DNA from: a bacterium
GTDB taxonomy: Bacteria > Hinthialibacterota > Hinthialibacteria > Hinthialibacterales > Hinthialibacteraceae
DNA: 64,000 nucleotides
Assembly: GCA_963663405.2 (NCBI GenBank)
Contig: CAXXSM010000149.1
Location: forward strand, 128,936-192,935
Reading direction: 5' to 3'
Within the stretch, counting starts at the first letter, position 1. Each line of letters starts with the position of its first letter. This document shows positions 22,489 through 30,757 of this stretch, piece by piece. The notes beneath the pieces are model-generated. The model was given only the letters and a program-made list of their open reading frames with translations. It was not told the DNA's origin and did not search any database. Position numbers and translations under genes: made by a program.

Positions 22489-23790
22489 TTACTCTAATTC
22501 CTTGATGTAAATATTCGCGAATTGGATGGGATCGCCGTGATGCTGAAGAGCGATGGGGCCTTTTTTGGGGATGCCTGGAAGGTGAGCTTTATCAATGACG
22601 GTTTTCCCGTTTAGGATCACGGTGATGGTTTCATCGATCAGCGTGATCTCGAAACGGTTCCATTGGCCAACCGGATTATCCGCGTTCAAAATCGGTGTGG
22701 CGCCGCGCCGCACTTCAGGCGGCTGGTTCGAATCGAGCCGGTAGCCCCAAATCTCTCCTGAACCACACGGCCACTGCCAGATATTGATTTGGCTTTTCGA
22801 ACTGCCCCGCAGATAGATTCCACTATCTCCCGCGTCTTCAACCGCGGCGGTGACTTGATTTCCTTCTTCGTCCATCAGATACGAGCCGTCAGGTAGAATG
22901 ATGGGGACATTTTCAACAACGGGTTTGCGCGGCATCCGCCAATCAACGATCAGCGTAAAGTTTTTATATTCTTTTTCCGTCCAGAGATTCTTGTCTTCCG
23001 CTTCACTCTTGCCATCGTATTCCAGCCGCCAATCATTCGCTTTCCAATGGCCTTCATGACCGGGATCCCAACGCCAGCCGCGAAAATCAATCCCGTTATA
23101 TAAGGATTGAAAACCACGATCCTCTTGCGCAACGACACAGGCGGGTGGATTCGTGCCGGGAAGTTCGTGAATGCGGATATTACGGAAATGCGCTTCGCTG
23201 CCTTCCGATTCAAGGCAGATATATCCCTTGCGCGGGACGCAATGATAGCCGCGTGTGACGATCTTTCCATTCAACGCGAGTGTAATATTTCCCTGATCGC
23301 TAATGACGCGGTAATGATTCCATTGTCCCACCGGTTTTTGACGGTTCTCGGAAGGAAGAGAACGCATGCCCCACCCTTTGGGGTGCGGTTTATCCGGTTT
23401 CATGAACGCTCCATGAATGGCGAAGACATCCCCCCCATTGCCATCCATGACTTGGCACTCGATCGAACGCGTGAACGGTTGTCCCACCGCCGTGATATCC
23501 CACGAATTAAGAAACAGCCCCGCGTTTCCTTTCGGTTTCATATGCCGGTAATCCAACTCAAGGATGTAATTCTCATACATCCGGTCCGTGCGAAGAACGC
23601 CGGTAGGGATGCCTGTGCAGACAATCATCCCATCACGGACCGTCCAAGTCTCCGGCGCGCAATTGACGTTGATCCATCCATCCAAGTTTTTCCCATTGAA
23701 GAGATCTGTGAACGTTTGTTCGTTTTCCGAAGCGTGGATCATTAATACGGAAAAAGCGAATCCAAATAGAACGAGAACTTTCGTTTTCAT
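22489..23790 (-). CDS. Tandem DUF1080 (3-keto-disaccharide hydrolase-like) protein
   Basis: Two LFNGKxLxGW-type domains ending GYICLESEG..FRNI and GPIALQHHG..FANIYIKEL. Confidence 0.9.
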   Translation of the reverse strand: MKTKVLVLFGFAFSVLMIHASENEQTFTDLFNGKNLDGWINVNCAPETWTVRDGMIVCTGIPTGVLRTDRMYENYILELDYRHMKPKGNAGLFLNSWDITAVGQPFTRSIECQVMDGNGGDVFAIHGAFMKPDKPHPKGWGMRSLPSENRQKPVGQWNHYRVISDQGNITLALNGKIVTRGYHCVPRKGYICLESEGSEAHFRNIRIHELPGTNPPACVVAQEDRGFQSLYNGIDFRGWRWDPGHEGHWKANDWRLEYDGKSEAEDKNLWTEKEYKNFTLIVDWRMPRKPVVENVPIILPDGSYLMDEEGNQVTAAVEDAGDSGIYLRGSSKSQINIWQWPCGSGEIWGYRLDSNQPPEVRRGATPILNADNPVGQWNRFEITLIDETITVILNGKTVIDKAHLPGIPKKGPIALQHHGDPIQFANIYIKELE

Positions 23791-23939
23791 TTCAAATTCC
23801 TTTCTGTATTGGATTGAAGAGATAGAATCGATTCTTCAATTCTTTTGGATAGAGTACCTCATTCGCTCTTTTAAGGCTACTACCAGACAAACGCCTATGA
23901 CCATAGCCGGTCCCACTTTTCATTACGCCATTTAGAAAT

Positions 23940-24587
23940 ATGATAGTGAGCATTATGGAATATTTACTCTCTGCTCTTGTCTTTGGTCTTAGCGCAGGAT
24001 TCTCACCAGGGCCTTTATTGACCTTGATTATCCTGCAGACGCTTCAGTTTGGAAAACAAGAAGGAGTCAAAGTCGCCATTGCGCCTTTATTTACCGATTT
24101 CCCGATCGTACTGATCAGCGTATTGGTGTTGGCGCGGGTCTCGGAAGTGGATGCGATCTTAGGAATACTGTCGTTTCTTGGCGGTTTGTATTTAGGCTGG
24201 CTTGGTTATCAGAGCCTGCGTATTCAAGGTGTGGAACTCAACATAGAGAGTGTGAAACCACAATCGTACCGCAAGGGAATTATTACCAATTTCCTGAGCC
24301 CCAATCCCTACATGTTCTGGTTTTCCATCGGCGGTCCCATGACGATCGAGGCATACAAGGCGAGTCTGTTTTACATGATTCTCTTTTTGTGTGTCTTTTA
24401 TTTTTGTTTGGTTGGAGGCAAAGTTCTAACCGCGATGATCGTAGGGATGTCCCGCCAATTTTTGAAAAGCCGCCTCTATATATACATCAACCGGTTTCTT
24501 GGCGCGCTTCTCTTGCTCTACGCCTGCATTTTTTTATGGGACGCGTATCGTACACTTTCCGCTGTCATTTTTGGGCAAGCGGGATAG
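23940..24587 (+). CDS. LysE-family translocator
   Basis: SPGPL motif, YRKGIITNFLSPNP, hydrophobic helices. Confidence 0.88.
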   Translation: MIVSIMEYLLSALVFGLSAGFSPGPLLTLIILQTLQFGKQEGVKVAIAPLFTDFPIVLISVLVLARVSEVDAILGILSFLGGLYLGWLGYQSLRIQGVELNIESVKPQSYRKGIITNFLSPNPYMFWFSIGGPMTIEAYKASLFYMILFLCVFYFCLVGGKVLTAMIVGMSRQFLKSRLYIYINRFLGALLLLYACIFLWDAYRTLSAVIFGQAG

Positions 24588-24691
24588 ACGCAGAATTCAA
24601 CAAACAGATCCAGAGAATCGCTCCCACTCAATTCCAGGCCTCGACGGAAGCGAATTCATCATTTATAATGTCTAGATCATACCCAAAATCA

Positions 24692-24773
24692 GCGAGGATG
24701 GCGGAATTGGCAGACGCGCTAGACTTAGGATCTAGTGTCTTCGGACGTGGGGGTTCAAATCCCCCTCCTCGCA
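24692..24773 (+). tRNA. tRNA-Leu (anticodon TAG)
   Basis: Acceptor GCGAGGA/TCCTCGC; anticodon arm CTAGA-CTTAGGA-TCTAG; long variable arm; GGTTCAAATCC; CCA not encoded; TATAAT at 24664. Confidence 0.96.
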
Positions 24774-24837
24774 ACCTCCCTTAAAATAAGAACTTAGAAG
24801 TAATTTCTTCTTTCTATAAAATCCACGATTTTACTCC

Positions 24838-24859
24838 TTGGTTACATATTTGGTTACAT
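24838..24859 (+). repeat. Direct repeat TTGGTTACAT x2 (possible integrase arm-type sites)
   Basis: Two 10-mers with 12-bp periodicity, about 65 bp downstream of the tRNA. Confidence 0.5.
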
Positions 24860-24994
24860 TACTTTTTTCAATCTATCCATCGGCGATAGTTTAAATAGGT
24901 TCCTATCGTTCACACAATTATCAATAAATTTAAAGCGATACGAAGCTATGAACCGGTAATAAATTCCCGAAAAAAAGACCCTGTCACTATGTCG

Positions 24995-25096
24995 CGCCCT
25001 CTCCTGGGCTTCTGTTTTCCGGGGGTACCCCCCTCGCATTGAGGAACCCAGGCATCATTAGTAATCCCACGAAATAATCCAGCCCAGGAGAGGGCG
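24995..25096. repeat. 16-bp perfect inverted repeat with 70-bp spacer (REP/REPIN-like)
   Basis: CGCCCTCTCCTGGGCT (24995-25010) / AGCCCAGGAGAGGGCG (25081-25096). Confidence 0.75.
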
Positions 25097-25341
25097 TCAG
25101 GCGCTACGTTATTTCAATTTTTTTGGATTTGAGGTTAGTATCTCAAAAGGGCATAGTCGTCAGTTATTTTTGCTCTCTCAATATTTCCTATTGGACGAAG
25201 CGGCTCCGCCGCAGAGTGTCGTACGCCGAATTTTCTAGTTGAACAATCCCCTTGCAAAATCTCCTGAGTTGTCATGTATTTCTTCTGAGAAGGCAGTGGC
25301 TGTAAGACTGCCAACCACTACTTATTTACAGGAGAAAGATC

Positions 25342-26189
25342 ATGAAATCATTACGGAAACGCATGATCGAAGACATGACGTTAGCTGGACTGAGCGAAGG
25401 CACGCAAAAAGCATACGTCCGAGCCGTCGCCTCATTCGCTCTAGAATTTGATCGCTCGCCAGAATGCATTAGCGAGGAACTCGTCCGGGTCTATTTACTG
25501 AATTTGCGAGACGTGAAGAAAGTCGCTCTCGGAACGTTTCAGGTTCACTACAGCGCGCTGAAATTTCTTTATCAAACCACGCTGGATCTGGGGTGGCCGT
25601 TGTTTGCAAAAAAAAGATTCGTAAGCCTCGTCAAAAGCGCCTGCCTCATCCATTAACCCATTCCCAGGTTCTCGCCCTCCTGGCCGTTGTCAGGAAATCG
25701 CCCTATCGAGTAGCTCTGGCTCTGATGTACGCGTGCGGTCTCCGGACCAGTGAAGTCATATCGCTTCCGGTTCGCCAGATCGATTCCACCCAAATGAGTA
25801 TACGGATTATTGGGAAGGGCGATAAAGAGCGAATCGTTCCTCTCCCGAACACCTTGTTGGAGCCGATGCGTGAACTCTGGTTGATGCACCGTCACCCTAC
25901 TTGGTTGTTCCCCAACCTACAAGGCTCCAACCACATTCCCTCATCGACACTCGGCAAAGCGTTTCGCTTGGCCTGCAACGCTACCGGGCTGACAGACGAT
26001 GTGAAGCCGCATTCGCTCCGTCACGGATTCGCCACCCGGATGCTGGAAAATGGCGAGAGCATACGAGTCGTCCAGATTCTTCTCGGTCATTCCAGCCTTC
26101 GTTCGACGCAAATCTACACCCATTTGACTGAGCCGCTTCGCCACGAGGTGCAGGATCGTATCAACGCCGTGTTCGCCGATCTGATGTGA
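25342..26189 (+). CDS. Tyrosine recombinase (SAM-like N-terminal + catalytic domain) encoded in two frames joined at an A8 run
   Basis: 25342..25656 MKSLRKRMIEDM..TQKAY; the -1 frame carries YACGLRxSE, GKGDKER, HSLRHGFAT, LLGH..STQIY; A8 at 25608-25615. Confidence 0.85.
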
Positions 26190-26198
26190 GGAGGAATC

Positions 26199-27365
26199 AT
26201 GAATTGCACTTCATCGAACCTCGAACTCGGCGATGTGGTTCGCCGGTTTGGCCCGGCTTACATCAAAAAGAAAGGCAAGCGTCTCTTACCGTCGCAACGC
26301 AAAGCGCTGCACGATATCATGGCCTGCCATACGGCGGAACTAGGGGGGCATCGGTATCACTGTCAGGACTGCGGCGAAAACTTCTGGGTGTATCACGGGT
26401 GTGGCAATCGATCCTGTCCGTCCTGTCATTCCCAGGCGATGCGGAAATGGATCGAGAAGCGGGAAGACCAGATGCTTGGCTGCCGTTACTTTCATGTGAT
26501 CGTCACGGTTCCCCAGCCCATCCGGGCGGCCTTTTTGGCTCATCAGAAGATTCTCTATGGATTGTTGATGACGACGGTGGCTTCCTGTGTCATGGATCTG
26601 ATGCGCAATCCAAAAGTCGTTGGCGGGACCCCGGCGATCCTGGCCGTGCTGCACACTTGGCGGGGAGATCTGGAATTGCATCCGCATGTCCATCTGTTGG
26701 TCAGCGCCGGCGCCGTGAGTGAGGACGGCCACTCTTGGATGGATCTCCGCCACCCGAAATGGCTCCTCCATGTGGGAACGCTCAGTTTGCTCGTTCGCAG
26801 GCGTTTTAAAGAACAGCTCGAAAAAGCGGCGCCGGAGATCTTCCAAAACATCGAGACCAAGGTCTGGAATGCGGGCTGGAACTCGTTTTGCAAACCGTAT
26901 GGGAAAGGCGTGAAAGCTATCTTGAACTACCTGGGACGCTATGTCTATCGCATCGCGATCTCCAACCACCGGCTTCTGGCAATGGACGCTACCCACGTGA
27001 CGTTCCGCTACAAGACCTTCAAAGAGAAGCATTGGCGAACTCTCCGCTTGCGGGGCGAAGAATTTCTGCGGCGCTTCGTGATGCATGTGCTCCCCCGCGG
27101 CTTCCATAAAGTCCGCTACTATGGGCTGTGGCATCACTGTCATCGGGACACACGCAATCGAATCCGTTTGCTCCTCGCCCCCAAGGCGGAGAGCGTTTCT
27201 ATTCCCGAATCGGTTGAGAATTCCATCGTTTCAAAAGAGACCAACGACAAAGCAGTATTCGATCGGACCGGCCAAGAATCGGCGCCGGAATGGCCTAAAT
27301 GTCCGCGTTGCAAAAGCTGTAACGTGATTGTCATTGAAACCCTCAATCGGAATCGAAGCCCCTGA
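26199..27365 (+). CDS. IS91-family (Y2) transposase with N-terminal zinc-binding domain
   Basis: CQDC..GCGNRSCPSC, YFHVIVTVP, LHTW..HPHVH (HUH), YLGRY, HVLPRGFHKVRYYG, CPRC. Confidence 0.92.
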   Translation: MNCTSSNLELGDVVRRFGPAYIKKKGKRLLPSQRKALHDIMACHTAELGGHRYHCQDCGENFWVYHGCGNRSCPSCHSQAMRKWIEKREDQMLGCRYFHVIVTVPQPIRAAFLAHQKILYGLLMTTVASCVMDLMRNPKVVGGTPAILAVLHTWRGDLELHPHVHLLVSAGAVSEDGHSWMDLRHPKWLLHVGTLSLLVRRRFKEQLEKAAPEIFQNIETKVWNAGWNSFCKPYGKGVKAILNYLGRYVYRIAISNHRLLAMDATHVTFRYKTFKEKHWRTLRLRGEEFLRRFVMHVLPRGFHKVRYYGLWHHCHRDTRNRIRLLLAPKAESVSIPESVENSIVSKETNDKAVFDRTGQESAPEWPKCPRCKSCNVIVIETLNRNRSP

Positions 27366-28002
27366 TCGATTCCGATTGTAAGCATCGCGATGGTAATATA
27401 AAGAAATTATAACTTTACGCGGGAAGATTTTTTACTTTTCTTGCCGTGAGGGGATTTCTATAGCTTCAAGAGGATTTTCTCTTTCTAAACTATCAACTTC
27501 TCTTCCTCAATTAAGCCGTTTCGCGAATAAATGGCGTGTTATTGGTTCTCACATTCCCCCCGCACTTCGTCCAATAGAGTTTGTATCTCGGCTTCGCTCG
27601 ATAAAAACTCCTATCTATTTAAAGAAACAAATAGAATTATATAAATAAATAACATATAAACAGAATTGAGGTGTACCCCATTGTCAAGACAGGAATCAAG
27701 GAAATTTAAAGTAGGTTTTCAACCTCGATTTCGTTCAACTCAAGTCTCCTTATTTGGGATCCGGAAATCATGATGATTCCAGATTCTCATAAAACTTTCC
27801 GATATTATACACTACCAGGAGAAACGGAGATCGGTTCTGCTGTAGAGCAACCGGTCAAGGGATATCCTGGTGCGTGTGCGACGGATTGCCGTCAGGGAGA
27901 CGTATCAGATCATCCCCTTTTTTCGATCATTTCAAGATAATCCAGAGCATTTGCCAATGCCTTAAAAAACTCAAACGCAAAGTTCTTGGACCGTCAAGTT
28001 TT

Positions 28003-28848
28003 CTAGTGTTCTCTATAAACCTGAAGCGGCGTCTTATATCCCAAGGCTTGGTGTAGACGCTCATTATTGTAGAACTGAAAATAATCCGTTAGTCCGCGCA
28101 CACAATCATTCACCGTTTCGTAACTTTTGATATAGACCTCCTCATATTTCACTGACCGCCATAACCGTTCGACGAAAATATTATCGAACACTCGGCCTCT
28201 TCCATCCATGCTGATGAGAGTCCTCTCTTTCTTCAAGCGACTCGTAAAATCCGTGCTTGTGAATTGAGAGCCTTGGTCACTGTTGAAGATCGTTGGCTTA
28301 TCAATTTCAAAAGCCATCTCCAACGCTTCGAGGCAAAAGTCAACCTCCATCGAAGTGGAGACTTTCCATGACACCACATAACGACTAAACCAGTCTAAGA
28401 TCGCCACCAGGTAAACAAATCCTTGGCGCATACGTATATAGGTGATATCGGTGCTCCACACGTGATTGGGTCTTTCGATTTTCACTCCCTTCAACAGGTA
28501 TGGATATTTCTTATGCTGAACATTTCCGAGGCTCAAACGAGGCTTCGGGTAGATCGTCTCCAAGCCCATCACTCGCATTAAACGACCGATTCGTTTCTTA
28601 TTCACAACCCGTCCTAGAGTTCTCAACCATTTCTGCATTTTCCGAATTCCGTAAAACGGTGTCCGGGTATATTGTTCATCAAGCAGGTTCATCAGCGCTA
28701 CATTTTCGGCTGATTCGCCCACGGGTTGATAATAAAATCCTGAACGAGACAACCCCAGCAATTCACATTGCCTCTTTATTGAAATCTCAGAATTAGTTAG
28801 TTCGATCCAACTTCGTCTTTTCTTAACTGAGCACGTTAGACTTTTTTT
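28003..28848 (-). CDS. IS3 OrfB DDE transposase (reached by -1 frameshift)
   Basis: WSTDITY, NSDQGSQF, DNIFVERLWRSVKYE; frame open from 28848. Confidence 0.93.
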   Translation of the reverse strand, partial: KKSLTCSVKKRRSWIELTNSEISIKRQCELLGLSRSGFYYQPVGESAENVALMNLLDEQYTRTPFYGIRKMQKWLRTLGRVVNKKRIGRLMRVMGLETIYPKPRLSLGNVQHKKYPYLLKGVKIERPNHVWSTDITYIRMRQGFVYLVAILDWFSRYVVSWKVSTSMEVDFCLEALEMAFEIDKPTIFNSDQGSQFTSTDFTSRLKKERTLISMDGRGRVFDNIFVERLWRSVKYEEVYIKSYETVNDCVRGLTDYFQFYNNERLHQALGYKTPLQVYREH

Positions 28849-29122
28849 TTACCCAATCAAGTTCGACTTTCATTTGCCCAATCTGGCGGTAAAGTTCCGA
28901 CGTCAGTTCTTCGGCTTCCGCTTGACTCTTTTCTTGCTTGCGTGAAAACAAGCCTGGGATTTCTTCCAACAGGCGCTTTTTCCACTGTCGAATCTGGCTC
29001 ACATGAATTTTGTAATCGCTCGCTATCTGGGTTAAGGTCTTCTCTCCTTTGATTGCCTCCAGTGCCACTTTGCCTTTGAACGCTCCATCAAAATTTTTTC
29101 GCATTTTCATCATTTGGTTCAC
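28823..29122 (-). CDS. IS3 OrfA (HTH)
   Basis: FKGKVALEAIKGEKT..QWKK..LYRQIGQMKVELDWVKKK; A_AAA_AAG slippery site at 28841-28847. Confidence 0.92.
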   Translation of the reverse strand: MNQMMKMRKNFDGAFKGKVALEAIKGEKTLTQIASDYKIHVSQIRQWKKRLLEEIPGLFSRKQEKSQAEAEELTSELYRQIGQMKVELDWVKKKSNVLS

Positions 29123-29327
29123 CTCTTCTACCTATTGTCGGCTTCGAGGTAACCTACCTTAGATGGCTGTCCGAATTTTGGGGTACAGTATACATCTATT
29201 ATTTTGTTCTGGAATTAATAAAAAATAAAGATAAAACGAAATCAAGGATATCAAATCGAGGATGAGTCTACAAAAATCATATCAATGACTTATTGATACA
29301 AACATCATTCCTATTTCGTTTGACGGG

Positions 29328-30755
29328 TCATAGATCCCTTAAGTACCGATCGGCGCCTTTGGCTGCTTGGCGGCCGTCCCAAATGGCCCAGACGACTAAG
29401 GAGGCGCCGCGTGACATATCGCCTGCGGCGAATACGCCGGAAACGCTGGTCATCGAATTCTCATCAATTTGGACCGCCCATCGAGGGGTGTATTCGACGC
29501 CGAGATCGTTGAGAAGACCTTCTTTTACAGGCCCCGTGAATCCCATCGCGAGCAGAACCAATTGTGTTTCCACTTCGAATTCACTGCCGGGAACCTTGGT
29601 CATGGGCTGACGGCCATCCGGGCCGGGTTCCCCGAATTCGACGTGAACGGCGTGGAGTCTCTCCACTTGTCCGTTGGATCCGGTTAAGCGTTTTGTGCAG
29701 ACTTTCCAATCCCGAATCCCTCCTTCCTCGTGCGAGGTGGAATTGCGCAGAATGAAAGGCCATGCCGGCCAGGGCATATTCTCGGTTCGTTCGGTAGGTG
29801 GTTTGGGCAGAATTTCGAATTGATACACTTTCTTCGCGCCCTGGCGAATTGACGTGCCTAAGCAGTCGGAACCGGTATCGCCTCCACCGATAATCACAAC
29901 GGTTTTATCCTTGGCGGAAATGAGTTTCTCTTCGGGGATCGGGATACCGGCGTTTCGCCGGTTTTGCTGCGCGAGGAATTCCATCGCGAAGTGAACGCCT
30001 TTCAGATCACGTCCTTCAACGGGAAGATCGCGGGGTTGCATGGCGCCGCCGGTCAGAACGATGACGTCAAATTTTTCGCGCAGTTCATCAGCAGTGATAT
30101 CAACGCCCGCGTGCGTGTTGGTTTTAACAATGACACCTTCTTCCACCATTAACGCCAAACGGCGGTCGATCAATTCTTTTTCAAGTTTGAAATCAGGGAT
30201 TCCAAAACGCAAGAGGCCGCCAACCCGTTCCGCTTTTTCAAACAAGGTGACAGTATGTCCCGCCCGGTTGAGTTGCTGGGCCGCCGCCATTCCCGCCGGC
30301 CCACCGCCGATGACGGCCGCGGTTTTCCCTGTACGGACTTTGGGAGGCTCCGCTTTCACCCAGCCTTCCGCAAACGCGCGATCGATAATGGCTCGTTCGA
30401 TTTCCTTGATGGTCACAGGATCATCGATGATCGATACCACACAGGCGGCCTCGCAGGGAGCGGGACAAACCCGCCCGGTAAATTCCGGAAAGTTATTGGT
30501 TTTGTGCAGGCGTTTGATCGCCTCTTCCCAGCGCCCCCGGTAGACCAGATCGTTGAAGTCGGGAATGAGATTCCCCAGCGGACAGCCGGAATGACAAAAT
30601 GGAATTCCACAATCCATGCACCGCGCGCCTTGGGTCTTCAGTTTCTCTTCGGGTAGGTGACCGTGAAACTCCTTAAAATGCTGGATCCGCTCTTCGATAG
30701 GAGAGTCAGCGGGAGTTTCTCTGTTATATTCCATAAAACCGGTTTTTTTTCCCAT
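29328..30755 (-). CDS. gltD: Glutamate synthase small subunit
   Basis: ARCMDCGIPFC, GRVCPAPCE, GGGPAG, GGGDTGSDC, GASLVVWAI. Confidence 0.97.
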   Translation of the reverse strand: MGKKTGFMEYNRETPADSPIEERIQHFKEFHGHLPEEKLKTQGARCMDCGIPFCHSGCPLGNLIPDFNDLVYRGRWEEAIKRLHKTNNFPEFTGRVCPAPCEAACVVSIIDDPVTIKEIERAIIDRAFAEGWVKAEPPKVRTGKTAAVIGGGPAGMAAAQQLNRAGHTVTLFEKAERVGGLLRFGIPDFKLEKELIDRRLALMVEEGVIVKTNTHAGVDITADELREKFDVIVLTGGAMQPRDLPVEGRDLKGVHFAMEFLAQQNRRNAGIPIPEEKLISAKDKTVVIIGGGDTGSDCLGTSIRQGAKKVYQFEILPKPPTERTENMPWPAWPFILRNSTSHEEGGIRDWKVCTKRLTGSNGQVERLHAVHVEFGEPGPDGRQPMTKVPGSEFEVETQLVLLAMGFTGPVKEGLLNDLGVEYTPRWAVQIDENSMTSVSGVFAAGDMSRGASLVVWAIWDGRQAAKGADRYLRDL

Positions 30756-30757
30756 TG

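Larger units (their letters stand above)
25188..27577 (+). mobile_element. Tyrosine recombinase + IS91-like (Y2 HUH) transposase element with 13-bp inverted repeats
   Basis: CTATTGGACGAAG at 25188-25200 and CTTCGTCCAATAG at 27565-27577 bracket the two genes. Confidence 0.75.
27667..29192 (-). mobile_element. IS3-family insertion sequence (about 1.5 kb)
   Basis: Imperfect terminal IRs TGAGGTGTACCCCATTGTCAAGACAG / TATACTGTACCCCAAAATTCGGACAG; orfA and orfB; no clear TSD. Confidence 0.8.

Noticed and set aside
25021-25038. GGGGGTACCCCCCTCGCA as a duplicated tRNA 3' end (attR)
   Set aside because: Only a 7-bp exact match plus gaps; may be chance.
28841-28850. IS3 frameshift as a novel signal
   Set aside because: Textbook A_AAA_AAG OrfA/OrfB recoding.
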